DNA from: an uncultured Holophagales bacterium
GTDB lineage: Bacteria; Acidobacteriota; Thermoanaerobaculia; Multivoradales; UBA5704
Assembly: GCA_963842525.1 (NCBI GenBank)
Contig: CAWJGT010000024.1
Span: 64,001-128,000 of the forward strand
DNA length: 64,000 nt
Direction: 5' to 3'
Position numbers and translations under genes: made by a program. Below the pieces are notes generated by a model. That model worked only from the letters and a program-made list of their open reading frames with translations, was not told where the DNA came from and made no database searches. Below are positions 61,801 through 64,000 of this stretch, piece after piece. Within the stretch, counting starts at the first letter, position 1, and each line of letters starts with the position of its first letter.

Positions 61801-62254
61801 GATGGACGACGATGCGGTGGATGCGCTCGGTCTTCTCGAGGCCGAGATGCTTCCAGGTCTTGCCGCCGTCGAGCGACTTGTAGACGCCGTTGCCCACCGA
61901 GACGCTGTTGCGCGGGTTCCCCTCGCCGGTCCCCACCCAGACCACGTCGGGATTGGAAGGGTCGAGCGCCACGGCGCCGATCGCCGCAACCGGCTGATCG
62001 TCGAAGATTGGCGTCCAGGTCAGGCCGCCGTTGACCGACTTCCAGACGCCGCCGGTCGCAGCGCCGACGTAGATCAGGTCGGGGTTGATGGTCGACGACT
62101 CGATCGCCGCGATACGGCCGCTCATGGCCGCAGGGCCGATCGAGCGCGCCTTCATCCCCGCCAGCAGGGACGGATCGACCGCCGCGGCGAGCGGCCCTGC
62201 CGCGAGGGCCAGCGCGACGACAGTTGCAGCAAGGAGACGGGTTGTGCTTCTCAT
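58871..62254 (-). CDS. Exported VPS10/BNR (Asp-box) repeat glycosyl-hydrolase-like protein
   Basis: Signal peptide, RSIGPA.MSGRI, many S-x-D-G-G-x-T-W boxes, C-terminal helical domain; GGAGGT RBS before ATG 62254. Confidence 0.88.
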   Translation of the reverse strand: MRSTTRLLAATVVALALAAGPLAAAVDPSLLAGMKARSIGPAAMSGRIAAIESSTINPDLIYVGAATGGVWKSVNGGLTWTPIFDDQPVAAIGAVALDPSNPDVVWVGTGEGNPRNSVSVGNGVYKSLDGGKTWKHLGLEKTERIHRIVVHPSNPQVAWAAAMGRAWGENPERGVYKTDDGGKTWKRVLYVDERTGAADLVLDPANPNKLFAAMWDYRRWPWSFRSGGPGSGLHVSYDGGDSWTRQTEDDGLPKGILGRIGVAFAPSDSRIVYALVEAEKSALGRSDDGGRTWKSVNTEADVNPRPFYYADLRVDPADPNRIYRLGSTLDVSTDAGKTFDSLGGFNRVHPDHHAMWIDPKDPDRILEGNDGGVSISLDRGKTWLFVGNLPVGQFYHVRVDNETPYNVYGGMQDNGSWKGPSNVWDGNAIRNADWNEVGFGDGFDTAPDPRDPMKGYAMSQEGFLLRWDLRTGERKDIRPAPPEGEGDLRFNWNAGFAIDPFAPDTIYFGSQYLHKSTDRGDTWTVLSPDLTSDNPEWQKQAESGGLTPDVSGAENFTTIIAIAPSPMQQGVLWVGTDDGRLHVTRDGGKTWTSVEKNVRGVPANTWIPHVTPSPHDAGTAFVVFDNHRRSDWTPYVYKTTDYGASWTSLADDRRGDLRGYALSIAQDPVDRDLLFLGTEFGLWVSLDGGKSWMKWTHGVPTVSVMDMVIHPRDHDLVLATHGRAFYVLDDIRPLRTLTEEVQKKPLHLFDISEARQYRQGQGAGARFPGDTEFRGETRPYGAFLHYSIKAPGVPHPDDVRERERKEAERAEKAGSTRGQAPTAGAPQAASAQGGKPLAQDTPELKAAEPAEEEEGRGGRGGRGGGPKVKIEILDDAGQVIRTFEHTPKLGLNRAVWDLRRDAPRRIQRAGDQEENPFRRGRGAEVLPGTYTVRLTFGDHKAEGKVKVDADSRYAREIPGRQANFQALQRAAKLSEALADSVERIQRTRSDVNAITAQLRKRDEEAKRTGGQEDPARKEVLTAARQLLQKLDKAERRLWQPDDTKGIVAETDAESKVTYAARALGSSWDTPTPAQLAYLERAEKDTRQAVADLNRLFAEDVAAFRAKVQQQDIQLLPVYQPLEIQEVR

Positions 62255-62409
62255 TTCCACCTCCATAATGGAATAAGGACAAGGGGGCCACCAGAGGCCC
62301 GGTGAAGCCTAACATCCTCACCGTCTGGCGCCAGGGGGGCGTCCCGCTCGTCCACACAGACCGAACCGGCGGCGACCTAGCGCTGGGGCGCAGCAGCTTG
62401 AGACGTCAG

Positions 62410-62592
62410 TCAGGAAGCCTTCTTCTTGTGGGTAGCTATGGGCCGAGGCGGCAGTGTAACCGCCTTCCACCCGCCCTTCGCCTGCCGTTTGCGAGCCGCC
62501 TCTGCAATCTTCTCGGCGTCGTACCCGGACTCTTTGGCGAGTGCTTCGCGAATCGCGTGAATCTCTTCGATGAGGGGATCGGTCGGTGGCAT
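62410..62592 (-). CDS. Small putative antitoxin downstream of the PIN toxin
   Basis: DPLIEEIHAIRE...GYD pattern; 5 bp after the PIN gene. Confidence 0.65.
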   Translation of the reverse strand: MPPTDPLIEEIHAIREALAKESGYDAEKIAEAARKRQAKGGWKAVTLPPRPIATHKKKAS

Positions 62593-62597
62593 GCCAG

Positions 62598-63068
62598 TTA
62601 CTCCGCAGCGAGCTCGATGGGCGTGCAGATCGTCGGCGGCTCGACGCCGTGCAATCTACAAGTGGCCTCAACTTTACCACGCACTGCCGCGTTGGCGATG
62701 TGCTTGCAGTTCCAGCTCAGCAGGTAGTCCATGCCATGAACAGCGGCGATGGCGATGTGGAATGCGTCGACCATTGCACTCTTTGGAAGATCACCCATGC
62801 GGACCAACTCCCTCGCCAGGGTGACCGCGCCTGGGGTCGTGTTGAGCAGGGTCGCATCCCGGAGCGCCGTAAGCCGCTTGGCCGCCGCGCCCTGATCCCC
62901 GGCGGATGCTTCGTCGATGACGAACTGAGAGATATACAGCTCAAATTGTGCCCGCACGGCCCACCAGTCATGCGTGACTTGTTGATGCGCCGCCCGTACC
63001 AAGTCTCGACTGGGTAACGCAGTCAGATAGCTGACGATGCTCGTCTCTATATACAGCCGTGGCTTCAT
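62598..63068 (-). CDS. PIN-domain (VapC-like) toxin
   Basis: LYIETSIVSYL, ISQFVIDE, DAFHIAIA, LLSWNCKHIAN. Confidence 0.88.
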   Translation of the reverse strand: MKPRLYIETSIVSYLTALPSRDLVRAAHQQVTHDWWAVRAQFELYISQFVIDEASAGDQGAAAKRLTALRDATLLNTTPGAVTLARELVRMGDLPKSAMVDAFHIAIAAVHGMDYLLSWNCKHIANAAVRGKVEATCRLHGVEPPTICTPIELAAE

Positions 63069-63158
63069 GGCGTCAATTATACTGCCGTGCTAGAACACGC
63101 CTGGGCCTTTCTTGGGGAGCCGTCTCCGCGGCCAAGGGGGCAGGAGCCCACTCTCCCC

Positions 63159-63182
63159 TGGGATCGCGGGCGTCCCGCCCGC
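63159..63182. repeat. Single REP-like palindromic element
   Basis: TGGGATCGCGGGCGTCCCGCCCGC with a GCGGG/CCCGC stem; only one copy in the window. Confidence 0.35.
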
Positions 63183-63395
63183 CCTCCATGGCGTTGGGGC
63201 CGTCGCTTCAGAGCAGCCCTCCCATGAGAATTCTTTCGGTCGACTTCCGCCTCCCGCTCCACGGGCTCTTGGGCCTCTGCGTCAGCGAGCGCTCCAGGCC
63301 GTGGACCGCGAGAGCGCTGCGCTGGTCGCCTGAAACGCCGCCGGCCCGCAGCCGGCGCCGGCCACCCCAGCGGCCAACGCTGCCGATTTCTGGGC

Positions 63396-63687
63396 CACCT
63401 GCACCGCGGTCCAGACGACCTGCACCGCGGTCCAGAGGACCTGTACCGCGGAGCGGGCCGTCCCGCCGAGGTCCAGGCGGACTCCACCGCGGTCGGGCCC
63501 ATCTGCACCACGGTCCAGGCCGACCCCACCACGGTCCAGGTCGACCCCACCACGGTCCAGACCACCTGCACCGCGGCGCGGATGCTCACGCCAAGGTCCA
63601 GTCCTTCTGGACCGCGGTCCAGCTCATCTGCACCGCGGTCCAGCCCACCTGCACCTCGGCGCAGTCGGTCCCCACCGCGGTGCAGAA
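63396..63687. repeat. Tandem array of 14 units with 21-bp period, consensus CACCTGCACCGCGGTCCAGNC
   Basis: Units aligned by hand from 63396; two are 20 bp; core palindrome ACCGCGGT; no spacers. Confidence 0.9.
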
Positions 63688-63792
63688 CGCCCAGAAAACC
63701 TCCAGGAAGCTCCAGGAAGCGGCTGGCTCGGGCGCCGAAGCCGCGCAGCTTGAAGGCTTTACGGTGCAGCGGGCACGCGAGCCGGAGCAGCC

Positions 63793-64000
63793 CTACCCAG
63801 CCGATTCTGTGGATGCAGCCGCATACAAGTCGTCCAGTCCAACCCCGGTCAGCTCCAGCGAAACCCGCCTGCCGCGGCCGTCGGTTGCGCAGGTCCGATC
63901 AAGCTTCCAGGCGGAACGCCGCCGAATCCGGCGAGAGATCTCCAGCCGCAGCGGCAGAAGCTGCCGGCTCGGAACGGCCGGCGCCAGGTCCTGCATTGGT
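63793..64000 (-). CDS. Possible 3' end of a gene entering from the right edge
   Basis: Open frame ending at TAG 63793; no recognisable motif. Confidence 0.3.
   Translation of the reverse strand, partial: PMQDLAPAVPSRQLLPLRLEISRRIRRRSAWKLDRTCATDGRGRRVSLELTGVGLDDLYAAASTESAG

Noticed and set aside
62410-63068. PIN toxin pair as a novel system
   Set aside because: Common toxin-first PIN plus small-partner module; listed as a feature only
63396-63687. CRISPR array
   Set aside because: Units are contiguous 21-mers with only a few variable bases and no spacers; no cas genes in the window

Overview
High-GC bacterial chromosomal segment. The gene families suggest Acidobacteriota, possibly Thermoanaerobaculia-like; this is an inference with no database check. 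About ten genes carry single-base insertions that look like long-read errors. From left to right: (1) 1-18.5 kb, a polysaccharide locus with a NusG/UpxY-type antiterminator at the window edge, sat-cysC plus cysQ sulfate activation, PHP phosphatase-wzc-wza, an outer-membrane barrel, an O-antigen ligase-like gene and a nucleotidyltransferase. It is interrupted by a three-gene operon encoding a PD-(D/E)xK-like protein, a helical protein and a KGGVGR ParA-like multidomain ATPase. (2) kaiC-kaiB-kaiB-PAS hybrid kinase. (3) uvrA-like, MauE-like and thioredoxin genes. (4) A lower-GC island encoding an exported TPR-CHAT protease, a TolB-like propeller and a membrane protein, bordered by a scrambled relic of gas-vesicle genes. 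(5) A gas-vesicle cluster with no gvpN, gvpO or gvpC in view but containing a Get3/ArsA-like double ATPase and a PAS two-component system. (6) A candidate peptide-signalling module: a secreted precursor with a twice-repeated AGACIDP(D/N)G motif, a Zn-finger/TPR protein, XRE regulators and tandem palindromic operators. (7) A disrupted ECF sigma/anti-sigma region. (8) An amidohydrolase, an ABC-ATPase plus TOPRIM pair, a rhomboid-like gene, an ABC exporter, a VPS10/BNR protein and a PIN toxin pair. Two unrelated 21-bp-period arrays and many apparently leaderless genes are also present. No rRNA, tRNA, CRISPR array or intact transposase was seen.
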